DNA of 64,000 nucleotides from the human T2T-CHM13v2.0 reference genome, Homo sapiens (GCF_009914755.1 NC_060934.1); one strand, 5' to 3'; shown: positions 11,788 through 26,580, counted from the stretch's first letter. Notes: generated from the letters alone by a model not told the origin. Numbers and translations: made by a program.

Positions 11788-12058
11788 GGTGTCTCCCTCT
11801 GTCGCCCCAGTTGGAGTGTAGTGACATGATCATGGCTTACTGCAGCGTTGAACTCCTGGGCTCAAGCCATCCTCCCACCTCACCCTCCTAAGTAGCAATG
11901 ACTAAAGGCACATACCACAGCCAGCTAAGTGTTTTTTAATGTTGTCTTTTTTGTAGAGATGGGGTCTCACTATGTTGTCCAGACTGGTCTTGAACTCCTG
12001 GCATCAAGTGATCCTCCCAAAGTGCTGGGATTATAGGCGTGAGCCACTGCACCCGGCC
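11788..12058 (-). mobile_element. Alu (AluJ-like) host element; its tail remnant lies at ~5016-5034
   Basis: Alu starts abruptly at ggtgtctccctctgtcgcc without polyT; ttttttaaaaagaca lies on the other side of the HERV-H; degenerate TSD at 4999-5015 and 12060-12076. Confidence 0.85.
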
Positions 12059-13997
12059 AGTGTCATTAAATTTAAACGTTGTCTGATTCGGTGATGCGAA
12101 CTGGTAAGGACGCCCTTCCATGGGTTCACCCAGCTCCACCGACAGTTTCCCCTAAAAACAGGGGACTCATTACCCACCTCCCAAGGCAGTCTAGCATTTC
12201 CATTCTCAGAGAACTCTCCATGGTAGAAAGTTCTTCCCCCAGTGAACTGATATTAAGATCCCTGTGGCTTCCACCTGCTGGTCTTAGCATTGCCCTGTAG
12301 GCCATGCAGAACCACGGGAAGCCGCCTGCCTCCAGGAATTCAATTCTGTTCACAATGGTGTTCTTTACTTAGGCAAGACAGCAAAGCAAGCAGATGTGCT
12401 TTAGGAAGAATCCCACGAAGGACTGCTCAAACAAGAGGGAGATTTTAGTTAATTAGCAACAGATTCCAGTAATCAGACGAGACCACTCCCAGTCCTTCTT
12501 CTGAATAGAACGTCCATGGTAGGTGCAGTTGTTATTATCAGGCAGGCTGAGGGCTACATACATTTATCATAAAATATGAGGCTTAAATTCAATATCAAGA
12601 TGAAAGTCAAACCAAAGCTCCCTGGGAGACAAGGAGCTCGGCTCTCACAAGCCTAGAGTGGAGAATATTGCCTTTCAGCAAATAATACTTCTAATTTGAT
12701 CTTGCAAAGATTCCTGCAAAGAAGAAAGCAACGAGATGTCAGGAGAATGTGGAATGTGTACTCTTCTATATGTATTTTTTATCATGGCCACATTCTTCAG
12801 GATCTCAGTCATCAATTACTTGTGACAGGCAGTCAATTGTTTATCTTTCAAGAGCATTACCACTTACTTTCCTTTATACATCTTCCCTGTATTATTATGC
12901 GGACAAGATCATCTATTTTCTCCTCCCTTCCAAGCCCTTCCGTCATTTGCTGTCCAGCATCCTGGTGTAATGCCCTGGAAAGATTGGCTTTGTGAGGCTG
13001 GAAGAAAAATGACTTTCCGCTCCCCACTCACCAAGGCATACACAAAAGGGCACCAAACCAGCGTTTAATTCAGCCAGATGTCAGGGCCCTGCTAGTGGAA
13101 ATTCACTTCTGTGTGTTAGAACAGGTGTTTCTGTGAGATCCTCAGAGAAACCAGAACAGCTAGAAGCAAGAACATTCCCCCACCCCTTTTCAGAAAATAG
13201 AAGCAAGTTTCTGCCATGAAAGCCATTTTTGCTTAAAACACCAGGCTGAAATAATTGCATATTTGTTGGGGATTGACAGTTGAGTTTTTTCATGAATTTT
13301 GCTATCTTTTGACAGTAGCAAATAAGTAGGTAGTAAATGCACTCTCTTGGGGCTTTTAACAGCAGAAAAAAAAATAAAAATAAAAATCACAGTAGGAAAA
13401 TTTCCCCCAAAGAGCATGGCAATATTTCTATACTTTGCTGCACTTAAAGGGAGAAAATGGGCATTAAGTGTAACAGGGTTGTTATAAAAACAGTGGTTCT
13501 ATTTCCGGATCTTTCATTTGCCAAAAGCCTCAATACACAGTCACTGAAAGTGGAAGAATGCCAACCTGAATTTCTATAATGCGCCTTGCAAACAATTGGA
13601 TTTATTCTTAATGGACCCTTGATGCATTTTTACATTATGCAGCATGTAATTAGCTATTAAATGACTTAGGAATCAACGACTCCGATTTTCTGGGACTGAT
13701 GCCTGATGAATGATTTCATGCTGTTCTTTTAAATCAATATCGTGCTGCCCACAATTTAGTGGTGGATTTGAGGGGTGTTTTGAGGGGAGAGGGGTTAAAG
13801 ATTTCTGAACCTGAAATAACAATGCAATATTAATGATAAACCTTTTAACCAACCTGCAGACTGCAAGGCAGTTCTGAGCAGCACCAGCTGAATTCAGTTT
13901 CTGTAAATAGCACTTCAAACTCGCTCAGACGTTCTTCTCACCAAAACAAACAATGAACAAACATAAACATTTCCCTTTTTATAAATAATGTCAGGGA

Positions 13998-14281
13998 GGC
14001 CAGGCGCGGTGGCTCATGCCTGTAATCCGAACATTTTGGGAGGCCGAGACAGGTGGATCACGAGGTCAGGAGTTCGAGACCAGCCTGACCAACATGGTGA
14101 AACCCCGTCTCCACTAAAAATACAAAAATTAGCCAGGTGTGGTGGCATGCACCTGTTGTAATCCCAGCTACTCAGGAGGCTGAGGAAGGAGAATCACTTG
14201 AACACCATAGGTGGAGGTTGCAGTGAGCCAAGATTTCACCATTGCACTCCAGCCTGGGCGACACAGCAAGACTGTCTCAAA

Positions 14282-14316
<35 letters not shown>

Positions 14317-14317
14317 A
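13998..14317 (+). mobile_element. AluS with (TAAA)n tail
   Basis: Full dimer; gtcaggg on both flanks. Confidence 0.93.
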
Positions 14318-16129
14318 GTCAGGGGATTTTGGTGGTGGAGAGGGAGTCAGACAACTGGCATGAATTTATGAAACTCATACCACATGCCCAGAATGGCTGG
14401 CGCGGGGGTGACAGGTCATTTATTGAGATATGAATCTGCATTTTGTTCTTGCCGCATTTTTCTCACAGACTCTCCATCCCCCTTTCCAAGAAGGGAGTCA
14501 GAGCCTGAGCACCCCATTGGTTCAAGGGAAGCTTGCACACTCAGGGCCTGAAATAGAGGTTGCTTGCAGAAAAACTCTTTTCCTGGCTTCTGAGAGTGCC
14601 AGTTCACTGAGAGACTGACGCTAGATAATCCAGAAGGTGAGAAGAGAGAGCTGAGCATCTCTGAAGAGAGCAGAAGCAGCAGGAAATTGGGTTGGGGAGG
14701 TGCTTCTCCAAGCCTGGCAGGAAGGTAGAGGTCTACAGGCTCTGGATGGAGACCCCCAGCAGCCGGGAGGGTAGAAGGATCTCTAGGGGAAGTGATTGTG
14801 AAGACCACCCGGCAGTTGGCAGAGGGGCTGGCTGGGGAACCATGACTCCCAGGGCCAAGCATGGGCAGCCGTGAAAGCTGCAGGAGCCCTTGGTCAGCCC
14901 AAGAGTCCCAGGACCTGCACGGGGCCCTGGGCCAAGGGAAGGAGCCCCAATCAGGATGGAAGACCCTACCAGCCTGGCAGGATCAGGCCTGCCAGGCCTG
15001 AGTTAATATGGTTAAACAGGTCAGAGTTAATATGGTTTCAAAGAGGTATTGGGTACTTCTTACATAGCCAAGCTTGCAGGACAACAGTCATATCCCACCA
15101 CAGTTATTGCTGCTGACTGGCAGCCTAGGCACCTTCACTCTCTCCAGTCATTGCTGCTGCCACCTGTACCAAGGGTCAAGTCAAAGAACAATGATGACCA
15201 TGAGTAGGGGTGACTCCAGGCCACCAGCCAGCATGGCCTGGAAGGGCAGCCTGCAAGCCTGCCAGAGCCAGGAGTTGGGACAGGACCATTCCTGGCTCCC
15301 AAATTCCCTCCTCCCCTCTTCCCATGAGTGTGGGCAACTCCTAGGTCTGGGTGTCTGCTCTCACCCCTACCCTGAGATCTGCCAGTTCCTCTGCTCCCTC
15401 CAAAGCAGGCCCCACCCTGTGCTGGGTGCTCAGGATCCAACAGGGAGTGAAACAGATAAAGTCCCTGCCCTCCCAGACCCTGGAGGCAGCTCTACCTGAT
15501 TTGGCATTGCCATCTGCCACCCTGATCCTGAGTGCTTCAACACCCGGAGCTTGAATTCAGACAGGTAGCCCCAATGGTCTTCCTTCCCAGCCCTGCCTAG
15601 CCCCACACTGCCATCTGGTCCCACAATGCCTTGCAACACAAAGCCTGGCAGTGTGCAGGAACTAGGCTTGGCTGCCACCTTGAAATGAAGAGGGAAAGAC
15701 ACTAATTGCAGTGAGAACAAAAATAAATTAATATCTCGATACATCATTGTACCACAAAATGACCAGAGAAAAATGCAGGGCCAAGCAGCATAGAGCACAC
15801 TCAATGAAAGAGAGGTCATAGGAACCAGTCGTGGAAGAGAGCTGGATGGGCGTGGCTAGGTGGAGGGTCCGGAAGCCCAGCGGGGAGTTCACCATGGTTC
15901 CCATCTTCTAAAACCTGTGTTTTGAATTCCAGCGCACACTGTGCAGGAAGACAGGAGAGAGCAACCAGCTGTGACTCGCGCATTGGCTGATGGGAGTGAA
16001 AAAAGTACGATCTGTTCAAAAGCAATTTGTCAAAACATTTCAAGAGCCATAAAAATCTTCTAACCTTTGATCCAATAAGCTTACTCCAGGGAATATATCT
16101 GTAAGGAATGAATTCAATAATAAGAAAAA

Positions 16130-16550
16130 TAGGTTATAATAAGTGAGCACCTACTCTATGCTAGCTGCTATTTCAAGCACTTTAAATGCGTATTTTCTAA
16201 ATTAGCCAGGTGTGGTGGTACACATCTGTAATCCCAGCTACTCGGGAGGCTGAGGCACGAGAGTCGCTTGGACCCGGGAGGTGAAGGTTGCAGGGAGCCA
16301 AGATCGAAGATTGCATCACTGGGCTCCAGCCTGGACCGAGCAAGACTCTGTCTCAAAAAAAAAAAAAAAAAAAAAAAATGTGTATTTTATCGTTTAATTC
16401 TTACCACCCTTGAAGTAAATCCTGTCATTACACCCAATTTACAGATGATGAAATTGAGACACGAAGAGTTTAGACAATTTGTATATAGTAAAAGAGGCAG
16501 CATCCAAACCCGGAGCCAGCCTTCTCAGTCACTACCCAATGCTGCCTCCC
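16130..16550 (-). mobile_element. MIR interrupted by a 5'-truncated Alu (16196-16378, + strand)
   Basis: cccaattttacagatgatgaaattgag MIR core; Alu right arm with polyA; flanks aatgcgtatttt / aatgtgtatttt. Confidence 0.75.
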
Positions 16551-16637
16551 AAAGATCAAGAAAATTCTATATAGCATTATCTATAACTGTGGAACAGAGA
16601 AGACATTTATATATTTATAAACAATATATATATGAGT

Positions 16638-16925
16638 AGCCGGGCATGATGGCTCATACCTGTATTCCCAGCACTTTGGGAGGCTGAGGAGGGAGAATGA
16701 CGTGAGCCCAGGAGTTCGAGACCAGCCTGGACCAATATAGGAAGACCCCATCTCTACAAAAAATAAACAAAATTAGCCAGGCGTGGTGATGTACAGCTGT
16801 GATCCCAGCTACTCAGGAGGCTGAGGTGAGAGGATCACTTAAGCCCAAGAGGTAGAGGCTGCGGTAAACTGTGATCACGCCACTGCACTCTAGCCTGGGC
16901 AACAGAGAAAGATCTTATCTCAAAA
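16638..16925 (+). mobile_element. Alu (AluJ-like)
   Basis: Full dimer. Confidence 0.9.
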
Positions 16926-17645
16926 TACATCTAGATCTAGGTATAGGGTGCACTATGGAGGTACAGCCAATAGACTCCTGTGCAGGTTTGGAACTGATTT
17001 TAGTGGAGACAGTATCACATCACAGGCAATATGGAAGGCTGCAAGGAGGAAGGGGCGTCTGGGATGAATCCAAGGAACCAGCAAAAATAATCATTTGATT
17101 ATAGAAATACTCAGGTGCTGGAGGCAGGGGTGGTGTAGAAAAGTGTCCCAAGCAGAGGAATGCAGGCAGAGGAGGGGCTTGGCATATTCAGGGAACCGGG
17201 AGGCCATGGAAGGGCCAAGGCACAGAGACCAGAGGGAGCAGTCAAAGCTGCAGCTGAAGTGCCGAGCAGAGGCCCATGGACCAGAAAACTGTGAGGAGGA
17301 GGCTGTGTCTCCAGGCAGGAGGTGGTGGGGGAACCCAGAGCCACTTGGGCAGCAGAATCAACAGGGTATGATGGTTAATTCCATGTGTGAGGGAGTCACA
17401 GAGGACTCTGGGTTTCTCAGTGAATTTGTTGTTCATGGAGACAAAATACAGAAGGAGGGGAGGAACAGGCTCATTGGAAATAGCCCTAGCTTCCCTGAAA
17501 AACTGGCTTATATGACTACAGATATTTACCTGTGCATTGAGAGTTTGTGTGTTTTTCTCTTGTGTATACATGCACACATATATTTGTATATAGGTATATA
17601 CCCCAATAATTAAACTTTGGCATTCATAGCTATTGAAATAACACT

Positions 17646-18212
17646 AAGACCTAAAGATAGAAATATCATTTGACCCAGCAATCCCATTACTGGGTATATA
17701 CCCAAAGGAATATAAATCTTTCTATTATAAAGATACATGCATGCATATGTTCATTGCAGCACTATTCACCATGGCACAGACATGGATTCATCCTAAATGT
17801 CCATCAATGATAGACTAGATTTTTTAAATATGCTACATATACACAATGGAATACTATGCAGCCATAAAAAAGAATGAGATCATGTCCTTTCCAGGGGCAT
17901 GGATGGAGCTGGAGGCCGTTATCCTTAGCAAACGAATGCGGGAACAGAAAACCAAATACCACATGTTCTCACTTATAAGTGGGAGTTAAATGGTGAGAAC
18001 TCATGGACACATAGAGGGGAACAACACACACTGGGGCCTATCGGAGGGTGGAGGGTAGGAGGAGGGAGAGGGTCAGGATAAATAACTAATGGGTACTAGG
18101 CTTAATATCTGGGTGATGAAATAATCTGTACAACACACCCCCATGGCACACAAGTTTGCCTGCGTAACAAACCTACACATGTGCCCCTGAACTTAAAAGT
18201 AAAAAAAAAAAA
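17646..18212 (+). mobile_element. 5'-truncated primate L1 (old L1PA/L1PB 3' end)
   Basis: gacccagcaatcccattactgggtatatacccaaagg...gaacttaaaagt-polyA; TSD gaaataacact at 17635-17645 and 18213-18223. Confidence 0.92.
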
Positions 18213-18930
18213 GAAATAACACTGTTCAGAGAGCTCACGTGACTATAACCTAACAAAGGTTGAAATAAGGTCCAAGAATGAGTTAAAGGAGAAAAGCAGA
18301 CCCTAAGAGTACTGGAGAAGACGTAAGAGCCGTCACATGTCACCAGGTCATTTGGGTTACTCAGCAATTCCAGGGACAAACTTGTAGGTCACCCCTGGGG
18401 CTCCCTGCCCTCCTTCAGCACTCGCAGACCAGGTTGGGGTTAACTCTGAAATTCCAAATAACCAAGGCCCTCCTAATGGCCATTGAGGACATTAATCAGC
18501 TTATTAATGTCCCTAGGCCCCAACCTGTCTCCCCAGAAGTGACCCCCACCATAGAACCAGCAACATGGCATTTGCAATGCCACTTGGTGTCTCAAGATCA
18601 GCAATTTGTCTCGGTGGAGCTGGGATGTCATCTGCTGCAGTGCCATCAAGTTCCAGTTGATGATTTAGTTCCGCCCCTCTACAGAGGCCCTCTTTCCCTG
18701 GGCAGCTGGGGACTCATTCCCTAGGGACTCCGAAGACCAGGGCCTGATTTTCCGCTTTCCTTCTAGATTTCTGTTCCTGAGACCCAGGCTGCTCCAGTCT
18801 CTTCTGCCTGGAAGTCTTTGGGGAAAAAAAAAGAAACGGATACTCTCCACCTTCCCCAGATCCATTGGGATGAGAAACTAGTGCCATGGGCCCATGATCC
18901 TGGGGCCCCTGGGCTTCATCAGAACCCCCT

Positions 18931-19053
18931 AGACTTTCTCAAGATGTTGGAGCTGAATGGGACCCTGGGGATCATCTAGCCCAACTCCCTTCTCTTGGGT
19001 TGGGCTAGATGGTCCCCAGGGTCCCACTCAGCTCCAACATCTTGAGAAAGTCT
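18931..19053. repeat. Near-perfect inverted repeat (55-bp arms, 13-nt loop) within a MIR
   Basis: 18931-18985 is the reverse complement of 18999-19053 with 2 mismatches. Confidence 0.95.
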
Positions 19054-21207
19054 TAAGGGGAAACTGCAGCCCAGAGAAAAGAAGCAACTTTACCTACAAC
19101 ACACAACAGGGGCTAGAACCTGAGTTTCCCGGCACCCAACCCAGCGCTGGTACAGACTCCTCACTCCCAGAACTTCCCTCAGCTGTGCCAAAGTCCTGGT
19201 AAAGATGGCTCCCTTTCATAATGGGGGAGGGTAGACTCTATTTCAAGACCAGCCACCTTGTCCCCAATTATATTGACCTGTTTAACACATCTTCATTGAG
19301 CATCTTCATTCACTGCATACCAAACCCTGTTCTAGGTACTGGGGCTATAGAAATGAAGACATGACTTGTTATTGGCCAAAGAAGGAGGCCAGAGGAGGAG
19401 GAGGAGAAGAAGGAAGAAGCGGCCCGGGGAAGTGGTGAGAAGAAATATACTTTATCTTCTAAGATTCATCACTGTTGCTCCCCTTGGTTCATTCAACCAA
19501 CAGGTATTAAGCATCCACTATGAGCCAGGTACTGTGCCTGAGCCCAAGAGCTGTGCCCAGGAGCTCATGGAACAGCAAGAGGCTAGCCTGCCTCACCTCC
19601 CCTCGCTGTGTGCTTGTGAGCCCTCCCTGCCCCACTCAGCCTGTTTCTCTAGCTTGAGTACTGACATTTGTTCATTCTAAGAAGCTACACCAGAACGTTG
19701 TCCAGAGCCGCTTCTAGACTCCTGTCTTTGCCCTGTTCTTCCTGCCCCTGGGCTCTCCACCCAGACAAATGTGACAGAACTTGATGACAGGGCCACCATC
19801 CCGGTGTCCGTTTATCGGGTCAGATGGAAGTGACTGATGAAATGGGGCTTTCTCATCTCCTGGAGGGAGAAGCCCTTCCTCCCTCCCCCAGCCCCCACTG
19901 TAGACCAGGCACAAAGGATTCAGAATGCAAGTAACTGTCCTGTGAACAATCCCTTCTTTTTGACCCTCAGGGTTGCCCTGAACCGGGCACCACCTGCACA
20001 ACTCCAGGAGGTGCTGTTCACATGGGGCTGAAGTACACTCTGACCCAGGAGTCTGGCCCTGCACGGCTGTGTGGCTGGGCGTGGCTGCCCAGCCCCTGAG
20101 ATCAGAGGGTGTGTCCCAGTGTCTTTGACTTTGGGGAAGCCAGGAGAGGGACTGCGCAGGCAAGTGGCAGATGGACGGGAGCTGGCGTTTCAGGGTGCAG
20201 AGCACACAATCTGGAGCCAGCCATTTGAGTCCTGTCCAGGCTGTCTGGGCCGCTAACCAAGACGATGCTGGGAAGAGGGTTTGCCGAACTGGATGAGGAT
20301 GAAGGGGAAAAATCAGTTCAGACAGCTCGCTTTAAATGTAATTGCTCCATCTCGAGAATCCGTCTGGCTCCCGGGCAGGTGGACTGTGTGTCTGGGCCTG
20401 GCCCAGGCTGGGGGAGGCATTGCACTCCCTGATTGAATTACTGCATCTCCAGGCACTCAGGAGAGTGGCCCCCGAGTCCTGCCACGTCCCGTGCACCCCT
20501 GCCTCCCAGCATGCATGGAAAACCTTCACAGTTAATCTAATGACATTCTGCAGCCTAGAATCCCCAGAGCAGGAACAAGGCTGTGTCTGACTTGATAGCC
20601 ATTTCAATTAGCCAGAGGCCAAGGAAGGGACAGAAGGGAACGAGAGAGAAGGCCAAGTCTGGGGGGATGGGAGCTTGTCTGAAGGCCTCACCAAAGTACT
20701 GGTCCCTTCCTGGTGACACACTAGGAACTTCACCTGTCCTCACCAGACAGGGGCCTTTCTCACCATAAATGGGGCCCAAAAAAAGGCAAAATAAAAATGA
20801 CCCTCTGCTTTTGCTCAGGGTTACTGTGACAATAAATGAGGACATACACACCATTCTTGGTTGTCGTTTTATCCCTGAGAAGGGCCAGTAAAAAGGACAC
20901 CTGCCTGGGAGACAGGAGCCCAGAGTTTAGCGCTGGCTCTGCCATTATTCACTGCTCATTACTGGGCCATCATCTTCCCTCTCTGGGCCTCATTCTGTAA
21001 GGATTGCACTACATCCATGGTTTTCTATGTTTTTCTTCAAATGAAACCTTCCGAATAACTCCAATATATAGCAGAGACAAAAATACAGCCTCCCAGGTGG
21101 GAAGGCAGGTGGGCTTCAGAGCAGGTTCCTCCTCATACCCTATGAACCATCACATAACTCCTGGGTGCCATGGATCACTCAGAAACAACCCTGAGCCAGA
21201 CACCCAC

Positions 21208-21669
21208 TGCGGGAGGCAGAACCGTGGTCCCCAAAGATGTCAGGGTCTTACTCCCCAGAAGCTGTGGAAATGTCACCTACACGGCAAAACGGACTTTACA
21301 GAGGTGGTTCAGGGTCTTCATCGGGGGAGATTCTCCTGGGTCATCCTGGTGAGCCCAGTGTAATCCCAGGGCTCCTCACAAGGTACAAGGAGAAGAGTGA
21401 GAGAAGAGGAGGTGATGTAATCGCAGAGGCAGAGACAGGAGCTGGAGGATGCGGTGCTGCGGGCTTGAAGGATGCAGGAAGGGGCCAAGAACTGCAGGTG
21501 GCCTCTAGAAGCTGGAAGAGGCAGGGAATGGAACCCCCACAAAGAGCCTCCAAGGAGGAAGCAGCGCTGTTGACGACTTGAATTTAAAACTACAAGATAA
21601 TAAGTGTGTATTGCTTTAAGCCACCACATTTGTGGTAATTTATTAAAACATCCATAGGAAATTCATACA
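21208..21669 (+). mobile_element. MLT1 (D-like) MaLR LTR
   Basis: tgcgggaggcagaacc...ccccaaagatgtc...ttaagccaccacatttgtggtaattt...ggaaattcataca. Confidence 0.8.
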
Positions 21670-22739
21670 CCCCCATTCTATAATCCTGGGGGTAGAGGAA
21701 CAGACCATAGAAATTCTCCCTCGACCCCAGCCCCTCTCCTCCGCCTCTGGCCAATCAATAGGAAATGTGGCCTCAGGACTTGTCTAATTGGAGCTTTCCC
21801 ATCCCCACACCCAAGTGACCAGTGCAGGCAACTTCTGCAGAAAGCCAGGCCCAGGCCAGAGCCCAGGGCTTCTCAGCACCTGGTAGACTCAGGAAGGAAA
21901 CAGGTCCCTCACTGGTCCTCCCAAGTCCCTGGGTCCAGAAATGGAGGTCCTGAAACACAAGAGCTGTCCCCAGCTCCAAGGTTTAGTCTTCATTGACTGA
22001 TTTGTGTGGGGGGGGGATGGGGGTGGGGGTCTCCCCTCTTTTTTCAATGTCCTATTTTTGGGAGGTTGGAAAAGTTTGGATGCAGCTCAGGGATTAAATT
22101 CAAGGACATGAATATTAATGAATTCCCTCCCTCATGCTGCAAATCCACTCATCATTAGGCATTTTCCAGCCACCTACATGAGGGCTGCCATTTGTCCCCT
22201 CTCAATAGACCCACATGGATTCCAATGGCCAGTTCTGGTAGCTGGCTGCGCTCAGCACACACACACCAATAGGATGCCATGGAGGGTGACTCCTGGGTCA
22301 TACCAGGCAACTGCTATACAGAGGGACTGCAGCATCCGCCACCTCCAAGGAGCCAGGCCAGGCAGTGGGGTGAGGGGCACTGACAACTGCAGGCCAACGA
22401 GCTCTGCGTTGGGTGAGTGGCTGCCAGCCATCCTGCTCCTCTCACTAAGCCTAGAGATACCCCAGATCCTCCCGGAGGGACACGTTGCCTCTCCCCACTC
22501 TGGGTTTACAGAGCTCCGTCCCCTCTTGGGTGAGATTCCCACAAAATTCTTGGATCATATTTGTTTATCCAGAAGTATCTTCCTGGAATTTTTGAAGAAC
22601 TCACGGATGAAACTACCCAAAGACCATTTCTATATCTTGGACAGAACTGCAGCTGAAAACACTGTCCATAAACCACTGTGTTCTCCTGTCTTTAAAAAAA
22701 TAATAATAATAACTCTACCTCCTCATCCCACCTCTCTCT

Positions 22740-24300
<1,561 letters not shown>

Positions 24301-24854
24301 ACTACTTATTAAATTATCTCAACATTTTTGGAAGCCTCCCTGATATGTGGAAAACCAACAAACAGCAAGAGAAACCAGACCCCTGTCTACACAGGGCATA
24401 GAGTCAAGCAGGAAACACAGATATTATAACAACAAAGATCAAAGAGGGGGCAGGAGGAGGGAGAGGTAGGAATGGGAGGAGAAATGTAAAAGAAAAAGAC
24501 AGAAACAGCAAAGAGCACAAATGCTTCCACTCACAAGGCATCAGCTGATGATACCAACATCTTGTATACTTCCTCTGTTTGCGGAATGAATGAATTTACG
24601 TTACCCAATATTCTTTAGATAAGGCCCTAGGTGATAAATTCCTTCTACAACTTTGTGCCAGAGGGGGAAAGTTTGCCCTCACTGAACACTTGTTTCTTTC
24701 AATTAAACAAAGAGACTAAGAAACCTGTCATATTGCTCTTTTTGTCTTGTCTGCCAAAAAGTTCAGGGCCAAATTTAGACCTCAGTCACAAGGAAGTATG
24801 TAATTTCTGGCTTCTGTCACCATCTCTCCTTATCCAGCTAGTTTCTCTTTCATC

Positions 24855-25173
24855 TTTTTTTTTTTTTTTTTTTTTTTTTTTGAGTGGGGTTCTTCCTCTG
24901 TCTCCCAGGCTGGATTGCAATGGTGCAATCATGGCTCACTACAGCTTCGTATTCCTAGACTCAAGGGATCCTTCCACCCCAGCCTCCCAAGTTGTTGGGA
25001 CTACAGGTACATGCCACCACGCCCAGCTAATTTTTTATTTTATTTTATTTTATTTTTTAGAGACAGAGTCTCACTATGTTGGCCAGGCTGGGCTTGAACT
25101 CCTGGCCTCAAGCTATCCTCCTGCCTCGGCCTCCCAAAACACTAGGATGATAGGAGTAAGCCACTGTGCCTGG
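24855..25173 (-). mobile_element. Alu (AluJ-like)
   Basis: Long polyT plus dimer; accounts for much of ORF 24631-25389. Confidence 0.9.
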
Positions 25174-25765
25174 TCTCTTTTATCTTTAATTTGTGTACCC
25201 CTGTATACCTGTATACACCCCTGTATACACAAATGTGTTTTTACCTTGACCCCTACTTGCCAATCCCTCATGGAAGCAGGTGGAACAGAGGCTCAACATG
25301 CAGTGACCCGTTCCAGACTGGCCCCAGCAGGAGATGGCACCCTTGTCCCAGCCCAGTGTTTCCAGAGCGGCACCCACTCTGCAGTCTGAGGCCTCCTCCT
25401 GCCCCCACCCCTAGCCAGCCACAGAGTTCAAGGACATGAGCAGCCCTGGCTGTACCTCCCTCCTCCGGGGGGTTGATGTGCTATTTAAAGAGGCCAGACC
25501 TCCAGAGCCTTAACAAAAAGCAGAATGAGAGAAGGAAACGTCATATAAGGGATAGGCTGGGGGCAGGGCTAAGCCTAGGTCAGGGCAGGGAGCTTCTAGG
25601 TGAGACTCACCATCAAGCTGTGGTCTCTCCTCTTCCCTTCATCACTGCTTGGTCCAAGCAGAGGGGGCTGAAAGAGCTGATGCCCAAGAGATGTCAGGAA
25701 TGCCTTCTGATGCGTCTAAGACTAGGGACCTAGTCTGACCCTCAGACCAACAGTTTTACACAGAG

Positions 25766-26168
25766 TGTATTAGGCAGTTTTCGCACTGCTATAAAGAAAT
25801 ACCTGAGACTGGGTAATTTATAAAGGAAAGAGGTTTAACTGGCTCGCGGTTCTGCTGGCTGTACAGGAACCATGGCCTCAGCATCTGCTGGGCTTCTGGG
25901 GAGGCTTCGGGAAGCTGACAACGATGGCAGAAGGTGAAGGAGGAGCAGGCAGTTCACGTGGCGAAAGCAGGAGCAAGAGAAAGAGTTGGGGAGGTGCCAC
26001 ACACTTTTAAACAGCCAGATCTCTCGAGAGCTCACTCACTATCATGAAGACAACACCAACCATGAGAGATCCACCCCCATAATCCAAACACTTCCCCCCA
26101 GGCCCCACCTCCAGCATCAGGGATTACAATTCAACATGAGACTTGAGCAGGGACAAATATCCAAACCG
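25766..26168 (-). mobile_element. MST (A/B-like) MaLR LTR
   Basis: tgtattaggcagttttcgcactgctataaagaaatacctgagactggg...gggacaaatatccaaacc; last few bases of LTR absent. Confidence 0.85.
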
Positions 26169-26389
26169 GGTTGTGAGCAACTCTGTCTCAGGGATGAGAT
26201 CACGAGGCTATCTCCAACATGCCCTACAGCCCGCCTCTGCTATGCTGCTCCTCTGTAGCCCAGCTGCCTGTATAAAAGTCTGTCACTTGGTGGGTGCCTT
26301 CTGGGAATCCCTAGAGTGCACAGCTGTCACTACAAAACAGATGGTATCACTGCTCCAATTAGATAGGGATTCTCTCTGAATATAATCCC

Positions 26390-26580
26390 TTACCGGTGTA
26401 TGACATTTTTACAAAATACTCTCATGCATTTGCTTTTCTGTAAACTGACTCCCGTAACCAACCCTGTGATGTTAGCAGGATATATATCATTCCCATTTTA
26501 CAGATGGGAAAACAGGCTGGAAGAGGCTCAGTGACATGCCCAAGACTAAATCCCAGGACTTCTTTCTGAGAGCAGGGCCA
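26390..26580 (-). mobile_element. MIR
   Basis: cccattttacagatgggaaaacaggct core. Confidence 0.7.

Noticed and set aside
14416-15819. Cluster of 100-150 aa ORFs
   Set aside because: No recognisable domains, overlapping on both strands, expected by chance in GC-richer DNA
17095-17613. 172-aa ORF
   Set aside because: Non-ATG start, lies over degenerate L2-like sequence, no domain
25196-25230. Short ctgtatac repeats
   Set aside because: Micro-slippage repeat, too short to interpret
24631-25389. 252-aa ORF
   Set aside because: Reads through polyT and an antisense Alu; typical artefact
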